Below, piece after piece: positions 10,712-18,675 of a DNA stretch of 32,000 nucleotides. A program made the position numbers and the translations under genes. Origin of the DNA: Candidatus Saccharimonadota bacterium (GTDB taxonomy: Bacteria; Bacteroidota; Bacteroidia; Cytophagales; Amoebophilaceae); the NCBI RefSeq assembly GCF_936981045.1, contig NZ_OW441264.1, forward strand, positions 210,001 through 242,000, in the 5' to 3' direction. The notes under the pieces were generated by a model. That model made no database searches, had not been told where the DNA came from, and saw nothing but the letters and a program-made list of their open reading frames with translations. The stretch's first letter is position 1. Each line of letters opens with the position of its first letter.

Positions 10712-10828
10712 ATGAAAGTTAAAACATCTGTTAGAAAAAGAAGCGCTGATTGCAAGATTGTACGTCGCAAGGGTGTATTGTATGTCATCAATAAGAAGCA
10801 GCCTAAATTTAAACAAAGACAAGGGTAG
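10712..10828 (+). CDS. rpmJ: 50S ribosomal protein L36 (Zn-free C- form)
   Basis: Missing from the ORF track because it is under 60 aa. Manual translation gives [38 protein letters not shown] with the stop at 10826-10828. Position between infA and rpsM is as expected. Confidence 0.93.
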   Translation: MKVKTSVRKRSADCKIVRRKGVLYVINKKQPKFKQRQG

Positions 10829-10831
10829 TAT

Positions 10832-11209
10832 ATGGCTAGGGTATTAGGTGTAGATATTCCAGATAATAAGCGTGGAGAGATTGCGCTTACGTATATATAT
10901 GGAATTGGTAGGAGTTCTGCAAATAAAATTCTTGAAGCGGTTCAAATGGATAAAGATCGCCGGGTGTCTACCTGGACGGATGATGAATTAAAAGCCATTA
11001 GGACGGCCATTCGTGGTGTATATAAAATAGAGGGAGACTTAAAATCTGAGATTCGGTTGAATATTAAGCGATTAGTTGAAATTAGGTGTTATAGAGGTCA
11101 TAGGCATCAAATGGGTTTACCCGTTCGTGGTCAGCGGACCAAGACCAATGCTAGAACACGTAAAGGCAAGCCTAAAACCATTGCGAATAAAAAGAAAGCT
11201 ACCAAATAA
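10832..11209 (+). CDS. rpsM: 30S ribosomal protein S13
   Basis: [34 protein letters not shown].., [26 protein letters not shown]. Confidence 0.97.
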   Translation: MARVLGVDIPDNKRGEIALTYIYGIGRSSANKILEAVQMDKDRRVSTWTDDELKAIRTAIRGVYKIEGDLKSEIRLNIKRLVEIRCYRGHRHQMGLPVRGQRTKTNARTRKGKPKTIANKKKATK

Positions 11210-11252
11210 AAGCTACCTTTCTTTTAAATTTAAAGAAAGTCTATAGAAGATT

Positions 11253-11648
11253 ATGATGAAGAATACGGGAAAAAATAAAGTTAAAAAAAGGGTTGTAAAG
11301 GTTGGTAAAGAGGGGCAGGCGCATATTCAAGCTACTTTTAATAACCTGATTATTTCGATTACAAATGAGGCGGGTCAGGTGATTGCGTGGTCTTCTTCTG
11401 GTAAGATGGGCTTTAAGGGATCTAAGAAAAACACACCATATGCTGCTCAAATCGCGTCAGCCGATTGTGCAAAAGCTGCCCATGAGTTGGGTTTACGGCG
11501 GGTGAATGTATTTGTAAAGGGGCCAGGGATTGGGCGTGAGTCGGCCATTCGTACCCTTCAAGAGCATGCTTTAGAAGTAGTTTCTATTAGAGATGTTACA
11601 CCTCTTCCGCACAATGGTTGTAGGTCACCTAAGCGTAGGCGTCCATAA
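11253..11648 (+). CDS. rpsK: 30S ribosomal protein S11
   Basis: [46 protein letters not shown].., [17 protein letters not shown]. Confidence 0.97.
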   Translation: MMKNTGKNKVKKRVVKVGKEGQAHIQATFNNLIISITNEAGQVIAWSSSGKMGFKGSKKNTPYAAQIASADCAKAAHELGLRRVNVFVKGPGIGRESAIRTLQEHALEVVSIRDVTPLPHNGCRSPKRRRP

Positions 11649-11829
11649 AATAGATCTCTTGTGCAACCTATTTCTGATGAGCAATTTTTAGGAGCAGTGC
11701 AGTCGAGCACTGCAGAATACTAGATGTATTTGAGGAGCATAGGTAAGCTTTGGTACCAAAATTGCCATTAGAAATTAAGTTTCGAAAGAGAGCTGATGGT
11801 TACTTATTTATATTAGAAGAAAATAGCGT

Positions 11830-12438
11830 ATGGCAAGATATCGTGGTCCAAAAGCAAAAGTTGCAAGAAGGTATAATAGTCCGATATTTGGTTCGTCTGT
11901 TAATAAGGTGTTGCAAAGAAAAAGTTATCCGCCGGGGCAACATGGTAAAAGGCGTAAAAGACGTTCTCAGTTTGCGCTTCAGTTGGTAGAACAGCAAAAA
12001 GCAAAATATACTTATGGGATATTACAGCGTCAGTTTAAGAATCTTTGTGAAAAAGCTGCTAAGAGTAAAGGTATTACAGGTGAAGTCATACTTCAGCGGT
12101 TGGAAGCTCGCTTAGACAATACCGTTTATAGGCTGGGTATTGCTACTACGCGCGGGGAAGCAAGGCAGATGGTATCCCATGGGCACATTACCGTTAATAC
12201 TGGAATAGTGGATATTCCTTCCTATACTTTAAAGCCTGGAGAAATAATAGGCATCACCAAGAAAGCAAAGAAAATGGCTTTGATTATTAATAATATAGCA
12301 AATAATCCATCTAATAAATATAGTTGGTTAGAATGGGATCCAACATTGATGGTAGGAAAATTCCTTGCTTTCCCGCAACGTTCTGAAATACCAGAAGAAA
12401 TTAATGAACGAAGTATTGTGGAGCTCCATTCCAAGTAA
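11830..12438 (+). CDS. rpsD: 30S ribosomal protein S4
   Basis: MARYRGPKAKVARR.., YGILQRQFKNL, LEARLDNTVYRLGIATTRGEARQMVSHGHITVN. Confidence 0.97.
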   Translation: MARYRGPKAKVARRYNSPIFGSSVNKVLQRKSYPPGQHGKRRKRRSQFALQLVEQQKAKYTYGILQRQFKNLCEKAAKSKGITGEVILQRLEARLDNTVYRLGIATTRGEARQMVSHGHITVNTGIVDIPSYTLKPGEIIGITKKAKKMALIINNIANNPSNKYSWLEWDPTLMVGKFLAFPQRSEIPEEINERSIVELHSK

Positions 12439-12480
12439 TGTTTCTATTGTTTCCTTGTTAAATCAAATTAAAGATTCTAT

Positions 12481-13464
12481 ATGTCGTCATTAGCATTTCA
12501 AATGCCCGAGAAGATATTTGTGGAGAAGGTTGATCCCTTACATGGCATTTTTAGTTTTCGTCCCCTTGAAAAGGGATATGGTACTACTATTGGTAATACA
12601 CTTAGGCGGGTATTGTTATCTTCCCTAGAAGGGTATGCTATTGTTGCCATTAAAATTCCTGGGGTCCGTCATGTGTTTTCTACTATTGAAGGTGTACAAG
12701 AAGATCTGGTAGAGATTATTTTAAATCTCAAGCAGGTTCGTTTAAAGAAAGTTGCAGAAGGGGGTGACGATATTATTTCGATTCGGGTTAACAAATCTGA
12801 GTTTCGTGCAGGTGATATTGCTAAAGCTACTCCTTTTTTCGAAGTTTTAAATCCAGATCTACTGATTTGTACGCTTGATGCATCTGCCAGTTTTGATATA
12901 GAACTCCATGTGGTAAAGCATAGGGGCTATCTTTTAGCTGAGGAGAATAAACCTAAGGAACCAGTTTTAGATCTCATTGCTATTGATGCTATTTTTTCTC
13001 CTATTGTAAGTGTGCAATATCGTGTGGAAAATATGCGTGTTGGGCAGCGTACAGATTATGAACAATTGACCTTTGAAGTAAAAACGGATGGTTCCATTAG
13101 CCCGGAGGAGGGCATTAGGCAAGCGGCTAACTTAATCATTCAGCACCTCAATTTGTTATCTGGACAGGAAATTCCTGTGCAGTTGCCAGAGGATGAAATC
13201 GTTCAGCTGTTAGATGAAGAAACAGTAGCCATGCAAAGGAATCTCAAAACCCATATTAGTGAACTGAAGTGTTCTTCTCGTGTGTTAAATTGTCTTAAAT
13301 CAGCAGGTATTGAGACTTTAGAAGATCTGGTCACGGTGAAAGATTTTGATACCATGAAATTTAGAAACTTTGGTCGTAAGTCACGTGATGAGATCGATCA
13401 ACTTTTGGCAGAAAAGAATTTGAAAATTGGTATGGATCTCTCTAGGTATAAGTTAGATGGGTAG
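12481..13464 (+). CDS. rpoA: DNA-directed RNA polymerase alpha subunit
   Basis: 327 aa with FSFRPLEKGYGTTIGNTLRRVLLSSLEGYAI and a C-terminal domain (ELKCSSRVLNCLKSAGIETLEDLV). Confidence 0.97.
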   Translation: MSSLAFQMPEKIFVEKVDPLHGIFSFRPLEKGYGTTIGNTLRRVLLSSLEGYAIVAIKIPGVRHVFSTIEGVQEDLVEIILNLKQVRLKKVAEGGDDIISIRVNKSEFRAGDIAKATPFFEVLNPDLLICTLDASASFDIELHVVKHRGYLLAEENKPKEPVLDLIAIDAIFSPIVSVQYRVENMRVGQRTDYEQLTFEVKTDGSISPEEGIRQAANLIIQHLNLLSGQEIPVQLPEDEIVQLLDEETVAMQRNLKTHISELKCSSRVLNCLKSAGIETLEDLVTVKDFDTMKFRNFGRKSRDEIDQLLAEKNLKIGMDLSRYKLDG

Positions 13465-13519
13465 TTTTTATTTAAAGTTAAGGCATACAGTACATTTAAG
13501 GTCGTATTAGTACAAATCA

Positions 13520-13999
13520 ATGAGGCATAGAAACAAAATTAATCGGCTGGGTAGGCCTGCAGGGCATAGGAAAGCATTGCTTATGAATTTATCTAAGTCG
13601 CTTATTATGCATAAGCGTATCGTTACCACTTTAGCTAAAGGCAAAGCGCTGCGCGCATTTATTGAACCTATTCTTACCAGAGCCAAGCAGGATACTACGC
13701 ATTCTAGAAGAATAGTTTTTTCTCACTTTCAAGATAAAGAGCCTGTAAAAGAACTGTTTAATCATATTGCTGAAAAAATTGACCAACGTCCAGGTGGCTA
13801 TACACGTATCGTTAAGTTGGCCAATCGTGCTGGAGACAATGCAGCTATGTGCATGATTGAATTAGTGGATTACAACGATATCTATACAAAAGAAACCAAG
13901 TTCATTAAAACAACACGACGCAGAAGAAAGAAAAGTACGTCTTCTGTTGTATCGGAAGTAGTTGCTGAAATAGATTCTGATAAAAAAGAAGTAGAATAG
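13520..13999 (+). CDS. rplQ: 50S ribosomal protein L17
   Basis: MRHRNKINRLGRPAGHRKALLMNLSKSLIMHKRIVTTLAKGKALR.., GGYTRIVKLANRAGDNAAMCMIELV. It has a basic/acidic C-terminal tail. Confidence 0.96.
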   Translation: MRHRNKINRLGRPAGHRKALLMNLSKSLIMHKRIVTTLAKGKALRAFIEPILTRAKQDTTHSRRIVFSHFQDKEPVKELFNHIAEKIDQRPGGYTRIVKLANRAGDNAAMCMIELVDYNDIYTKETKFIKTTRRRRKKSTSSVVSEVVAEIDSDKKEVE

Positions 14000-14066
14000 T
14001 AGTAATACGTATTGAATACATTGCTTGTTAAGATGGTTCTTAATGCAGCTAGTGATATCATTTTTG

Positions 14067-14756
14067 GTGCGGACTTCTGTAGGTTCTGTCGCGTTGTGTG
14101 TCGTAGAGAGGTATTATCATGAAAAAAAGTGATAATAAAAGCTTCGTATGAGATGAAAGAAGGCCCTTCGAGATCGGTTTTCAGTAGCAGGTCTCAAACC
14201 ACCTTAGTCGGTTGTCATTAAGAGTGATGGTCGTGAGCGCATAAGGAAAAGCTAAAAATAAATTCAGCAGGTGTGAATTAGAAAGATGAATAAAAATGAA
14301 CTTTTGTTGACGTGTCGAGAAGAACATACATGACATCAAAAGTGGAATAGAATGCGGTTCCATGGTAAGTCTATAATTTACCTGATTGCTGTATAGACGG
14401 TATCCCGCATAAAGAGCGCATGATTCTAATTTTGGCTTATATGAGGAACTACGAGAACCAGTCGTCTTGATGTTAAGGGAGACCCCCAAATAGAAAACAC
14501 TATAAGGGATAGAGTACCGATACAAGGCACTGGGGCGGATCAATCTATAGTAGTGAAGAAGTTTCTGTAATGGCAATGGAGCGAAGGGATTGAGCTTAAA
14601 CAGTCATTAACAATATACAACTCGTAAGAGGATGAAGTATTGGTAAAGACAAAGCCGTTATGGTAAATGTGTTTGTTTAAGTGGGAGCCGTATGATGGGA
14701 GACTATCAAGTACGGTTCTGAGAGAGGCTAAAGCTGAAATGCCTTGGCCTACTCAC
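14067..14756 (+). mobile_element. Group II intron ribozyme without an intron-encoded protein (ORF-less, about 690 nt)
   Basis: 5' GUGCG at 14067, a canonical 34-nt domain V at 14685-14718, and a domain VI helix with a bulged A (14751). The inferred 3' end ..AC is near 14756 (+/- 3 nt). The track shows no + strand ORF of 60 aa or more inside. Confidence 0.8.
14685..14754 (+). ncRNA. Group II intron domains V and VI (catalytic core and branch-site helix)
   Basis: DV is GAGCCGUAUGAUGG-GAGA-CUAUC-AA-GUACGGUUC, with the AGC triad, a 9-bp lower helix (2 G-U pairs), a 2-nt bulge, a 5-bp upper helix and a GNRA loop. DVI pairs 14722-14728 GAGAGGC with 14747-14754 GCCU(A)CUC, bulged A at 14751, plus an inner helix capped by the UGAAAU loop. 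Confidence 0.85.
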
Positions 14757-15142
14757 CTGTTTTCAAGAAGTTCTTAGTTTTAGTAACTTTAGTTAAAAGG
14801 TATTTACTATGTTTAAGATTTCTTCCAAATTATTACCGTATTCTAAAGGCTATTGTTCTTCAGCGGAAGTGATCCTGTTATTTGTCTAGATGAAGTGTTG
14901 TCGTATGTTTATAGAAGTTTTCGTGCGTTTGTAGACATAAAGTAGATATAGATTTGTAAATCTAGAATAGAATAAAGAAGGATCTGGGAAAAGGCTGCAT
15001 TCAAGTTGATATTAGATACCGTTAAGTACGTTCAGCCCCGAGGTCTTTCATCTTAAAAACTGAATAGTTCGATAGGCTTTAAAGCCTGTATATGCGACGT
15101 TAGTTTAAAAGATGAATCAATATAATACATATATTATAAATT

Positions 15143-16119
15143 ATGAAATATATAGGCATTGATCTAGGAAAAAGCAACTTTGTAGCAGCTTTTCCCCAAG
15201 AAAAAGGATACCGTACCATTACCTATAAGAATGATACCAAGGGCATTGAAACCTTTTTAGCTCAACTTGATAAATCATCGATCACTGTGTTTTAGAAGCT
15301 ACAGGAAACTATGGAGCCTTATTATTGCAGATGCTTACAGCACATGAAATAGTTGTGTCGATGGTCAATCCCAAGCAAACCAAACATTTTGCGCGCATGA
15401 TGCTAGTTGTAACCAAAACCGATGAGGTAGATGCCCAACTTATTCCCCTTTATGGAGAAAAGATGCAGCCTACCCCTTATATAATTCCTTCGCCCAATAT
15501 ACAGACCTTAAAGCAACAACAAACGATTCTTAATCAGCTGAAAAAATAACTTACTATGTCCTATAATCTGTTAGAGTCTTTTAGTGTATTGCCTAAAGTA
15601 GATGCTTTAGCCATAAAAGCGCTCAAGAAAACTATAGCATTTCTGGAAGAACAGATAGCGTTTCTCGAGCAACAAATGCTTTCTATTACTCAGGCGACCT
15701 ATAATGAGCTCTATAAGCGCATTAGTTCTATTAAAGGCATTGGTTATAGAATCGCTCTGGAGCTTATCGTTGCCACTGGAGGGGGGCAACATTTTCAAAG
15801 GGCCAAACAGTTCTCCAAGTTCATTGGACTGGCTCCTAGTTATGAACATTCAGGCTCTTCCATAAGGAAAAAGGGTCATATCAACCGTCATGGGAACTCC
15901 CAGCTGCGTTCTTTGCTCTATATGGCTTCTTGGTCGGCTATACGCTTTAATAAGGCCTGTAAAGCATTTTATGAAAGATTAAAAGCCAGAGGGAAACTTG
16001 GAAAGGTGGCGCTTATTGCTGTGGCTAATAAACTGATTAGGCAGATATTTGCTATCCTTGGGGATCATACTTTTTATGTGGATGGTTATCTATCTAAGCT
16101 GAAGGTAAATCCTTCTTAA
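15143..16119 (+). pseudogene. IS110-family (DEDD) transposase, disrupted by a frameshift and an in-frame stop
   Basis: The N-terminus MKYIGIDLGKSNFVAAF.. stops at the TAG at 15293-15295. The protein continues in another frame as HCVLEATGNYGALLLQMLTAHEIVVSMVNPKQTKHFARM..TKTDEVDAQLI. An in-frame TAA at 15547-15549 precedes the C-terminal part ..SIKGIGYRIALELIVATGGGQHFQRAKQFSKFIGLAPSYEHSGSS..GHINRHGNSQLRSLLYMASWSAIRFN (IS110 C-terminal domain). Confidence 0.88.
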
Positions 16120-16174
16120 CGGGGGAATTGGGATTACATAAACCAAATTTTTTAAGATGATACTTGCTTTTTAA

Positions 16175-16366
16175 CATAGTTCGTATTTAGAGAATGCCTT
16201 GATAGCCTTTGATCCATCCGAGGTTTTTAGTGTGTATAAAGATGAAATTAACACACTTAAGTATCAAAACGATGAACTTGCGAAGGCTTTAGGAAAAGCT
16301 ACCGTTGAGTAAGATTGGGCAGTGGGAAAGCTAAAGAGCTTGAATTTACTAAGTAGTCTTTCCTGA
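16175..16366 (+). pseudogene. Fragment resembling the C-terminal coiled-coil of an IS3-family OrfA, with an internal stop
   Basis: Translation gives ..VYKDEINTLKYQNDELAKALGKATVE*DWAVGKLKSLNLLSSLS*. The (I/L)GKxTVExDW/FxxKKL pattern is typical of the IS3 OrfA leucine-zipper region. No N-terminal HTH part is present. Confidence 0.35.
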
Positions 16367-16373
16367 AGTATTA

Positions 16374-16609
16374 TTATAAGTTCTGAATTATATTATTTTT
16401 TATATTGATAATCACTATAAATAAAAATTTATTTTACATAACTCATCTTATATATAATTAAATAAAATAACTGAACAACAAGTTATTTTGATTATCAGTA
16501 TATTATATATGATCTATAGATAAAATACTTATTTAGTAGATATAGATATTAACGAATTAAGTAATACTAAACATTTGTAAATCAGGCGAATAAATCTACA
16601 ACTCAGGTT
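16374..16609 (-). repeat. Decayed copy of the IS982-derived MITE, inverted relative to the 19931-20172 copy
   Basis: By eye it aligns end to end with the reverse complement of 19931-20172, roughly three-quarters identical. Example: TTGTAAATCAGGCGAATAAATCTACAACTCAGGTT against TTGTAAATCAGTCAAATAAATCCCGAACTCACGTT. The terminal repeats are mutated (AAGTTCTGAATT against GAGTCCGGGATT). Confidence 0.7.
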
Positions 16610-16883
16610 ACTACAAATATTATATATCTGCTTAAATTTGATCCTTGTTTTGCAAGATTTTTATATAAAACAACTCAAAAAGTGATTATTTCTTAATACA
16701 AATTTAACAGATTTTTAATATTTTTTATTTTAATTAACAAGTAGATAAATAATACTTCAGGGACGACTAAGTAAGAAAAGTCTTGTTAGATCCAAGCTTC
16801 CCAACCTACCCAAGGAAAGACAATGTGCATTATTTAGGAAACAAAATTATTAATAATTTGTCTGAATAAATCAGTCCACTATA

Positions 16884-17032
16884 AAAAAGTTTAATTGGGG
16901 ACCGCATGGTGGCTTCTGATTTTCCATCTTTAGGGGAACACTTTTGGCAACTTTTTGCATCAGGGCTTGATTTTTTGCATACTTTTTGATCAAGCAAAAA
17001 GTATGATATAATTCCTTTTTTCTTTAAAAAAC
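16884..17032 (-). repeat. Intergenic hairpin repeat R1, copy A (full length)
   Basis: The reverse complement aligns with 31099-31245. It contains an 11-bp stem, CATACTTTTTG-ATCAAG-CAAAAAGTATG (16978-17005), and ends 8 nt before the start of the 17040 gene. Confidence 0.85.
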
Positions 17033-17039
17033 TAGCAAA

Positions 17040-18665
17040 ATGAGATACAATTGGTTATTGAGTGCTTCGTTTTTTTGGATAGCTGTGTCTATATGCCACG
17101 CAGAAAGTGAGGCAGGGGCAATCAAGGATGCGGAATTTGTAATTGAAAAGCAAAAAAAGAATAAGGTAAACCAGGAAGAAAGGCTATTTTTTAACGCGCC
17201 CACTCGAACCACAAAAGGCCTTAACAAGCCTTTGGCAACTGTACAAGCGCTAACGCTAGAAGATATAGCATTTGATCCTGCACCTGTAATATATCTTCCC
17301 TTTAGTTTAGAAAAGAAAGGGGCTGGTCTTTCCTTTGACCACTATTGCAGGCTAGGTATTGGTTCCTTAGCGCTTCCTTATCTAGAAGTTGCACTAGACA
17401 ACTGCTCCTTTGCGCAAGCCATTTGGTCGACCCATTTAGCTTTTGTTCCAGAGTTATGGAACAAAAAGTCAAGGGAAACTTCACTTTCCCTACAAGGCAA
17501 ATATGGAATAGGGACATGGCTCCTACAACCCAATTTACATTATCAGCATGATTGGTACAAATATAGCGATAGTCATACAACCTTTAGACGCCTTCATCAA
17601 GGAAAGCTTGATCTAGTGGTTAAACAAGCTAATGAATCTTCCACTCAAGATGGACAGGTAGGTCTAAGCCTACTTAAGTACCACCATGAATACATAAACG
17701 AACAGCTGTTGACATTGAAATATAAATGGGTTAAACAGCTCGATAAGTGGTCTTTAAAAGTAGCTAGCTACAATGATATAGCTGGCTATAAAAACGATAC
17801 AAACCAACCAACCCGTTTTATTTTTTCGATTGCGCCTAGTCTCTATTTAACCTTACCCAAAGCTATTCAGCTAAAAGTTGGTCTAGGAATGGCCTACCAT
17901 AATGATCCAATTCCTGACAAAATACCTAATTTTGATCTGTACCCTATCGTCAAAATAGGTTGCATTGTGACCACCTGGCTTACTCCTTATATGGGCATAA
18001 AGGGTATCGGCGTAGGCGGTAGTGTTATTCCATTACATTTACATAATCTAGTAGCCAAAAATCCTTTTATAGCTTCTAATTCGAAGCTATTACACCCTCA
18101 TCAATACTTCAAGCTATATGGTGGTACTAGAGGTATCCTTTCACCGCATCTTTCTTATCACCTGCATATGGTCTATCGAAAGCTTAAGAACCAATCTAGA
18201 ATCGTTGCTGTTGCGGAGGATCAGATTAGACTGGAGTATAATCCACAGAACTGTAATGTATTAAAAGCCACTGGACTAGTCAACTATAGCATGCCTCATA
18301 CAAAATTCCATACAACCATAAAGGGAACCTATTACCGATATTCCGGCAATACATCGAATCTGATCTGGTGGTACCATAAACCTCTATATAAATTAAAGCA
18401 AATGCTCACCTATAGACCACATTTAAAAGTTTTACTAAAAAGTAATCTGCATCTACATAGCCCAACCATTGTAAAAAATATAGATGGTACTCCTAGGCAA
18501 CTCGGAAGCATTATAAATCTTTCTTTAGGTATGGATTATTTTATTACCGAAAAATTTGCAGCATTTTTAATGGTTAGTAACCTTCTAAACCGAAAGCATA
18601 TTACTTATACCGGTTATCCTGATAAAAAAATCAACATTACAGGTGGCCTACAATATAGATGGTAA
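17040..18665 (+). CDS. Predicted outer-membrane beta-barrel protein (function unknown)
   Basis: 541 aa with an N-terminal signal peptide (MRYNWLLSASFFWIAVSICHA|ESE). It has alternating aromatic/hydrophilic strand-like segments. The C-terminus ..NLLNRKHITYTGYPDKKINITGGLQYRW ends in an aromatic residue, like the terminal strand of OMP/TonB-dependent-receptor barrels. I saw no plug domain or TonB box. Confidence 0.7.
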   Translation: MRYNWLLSASFFWIAVSICHAESEAGAIKDAEFVIEKQKKNKVNQEERLFFNAPTRTTKGLNKPLATVQALTLEDIAFDPAPVIYLPFSLEKKGAGLSFDHYCRLGIGSLALPYLEVALDNCSFAQAIWSTHLAFVPELWNKKSRETSLSLQGKYGIGTWLLQPNLHYQHDWYKYSDSHTTFRRLHQGKLDLVVKQANESSTQDGQVGLSLLKYHHEYINEQLLTLKYKWVKQLDKWSLKVASYNDIAGYKNDTNQPTRFIFSIAPSLYLTLPKAIQLKVGLGMAYHNDPIPDKIPNFDLYPIVKIGCIVTTWLTPYMGIKGIGVGGSVIPLHLHNLVAKNPFIASNSKLLHPHQYFKLYGGTRGILSPHLSYHLHMVYRKLKNQSRIVAVAEDQIRLEYNPQNCNVLKATGLVNYSMPHTKFHTTIKGTYYRYSGNTSNLIWWYHKPLYKLKQMLTYRPHLKVLLKSNLHLHSPTIVKNIDGTPRQLGSIINLSLGMDYFITEKFAAFLMVSNLLNRKHITYTGYPDKKINITGGLQYRW

Positions 18666-18675
18666 TTTACATATT

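Noticed and set aside
11750-11989. 79-aa + strand ORF spanning the rpsK-rpsD spacer and the start of rpsD
   Set aside because: It overlaps rpsD out of frame and its translation has no recognisable features. The canonical S4 N-terminus MARYRGPK starts at 11830.
14000-14066. A rho-independent terminator after rplQ, which would match the class C group II intron habit of inserting after terminators
   Set aside because: Only short AT-rich palindromes are present (AATACGTATT, TGATATCA, TTAAGA..TCTTAA), and no stable GC-containing stem precedes the T-run. The intron class is therefore left unassigned.
14181-14576. 131-aa ORF on the - strand between rplQ and the IS110 element
   Set aside because: It lies entirely antisense inside the group II intron RNA. 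The translation is low-complexity and Y/L/S-rich with no recognisable motif or plausible start context, so it is most likely a chance ORF.
15270-15300. The frameshift in the IS110 transposase, considered as programmed ribosomal frameshifting
   Set aside because: IS110-family transposases are single-ORF enzymes with no known programmed frameshifting. No slippery heptamer is evident, and a second independent lesion (the in-frame TAA at 15547) shows the gene is decaying.
16380-16860. AT-rich region with many short repeated words, checked for a CRISPR array or tandem repeats
   Set aside because: There is no regularly spaced direct repeat of 24-40 nt with unique spacers. The similarity is explained by the decayed MITE and low-complexity A+T sequence.
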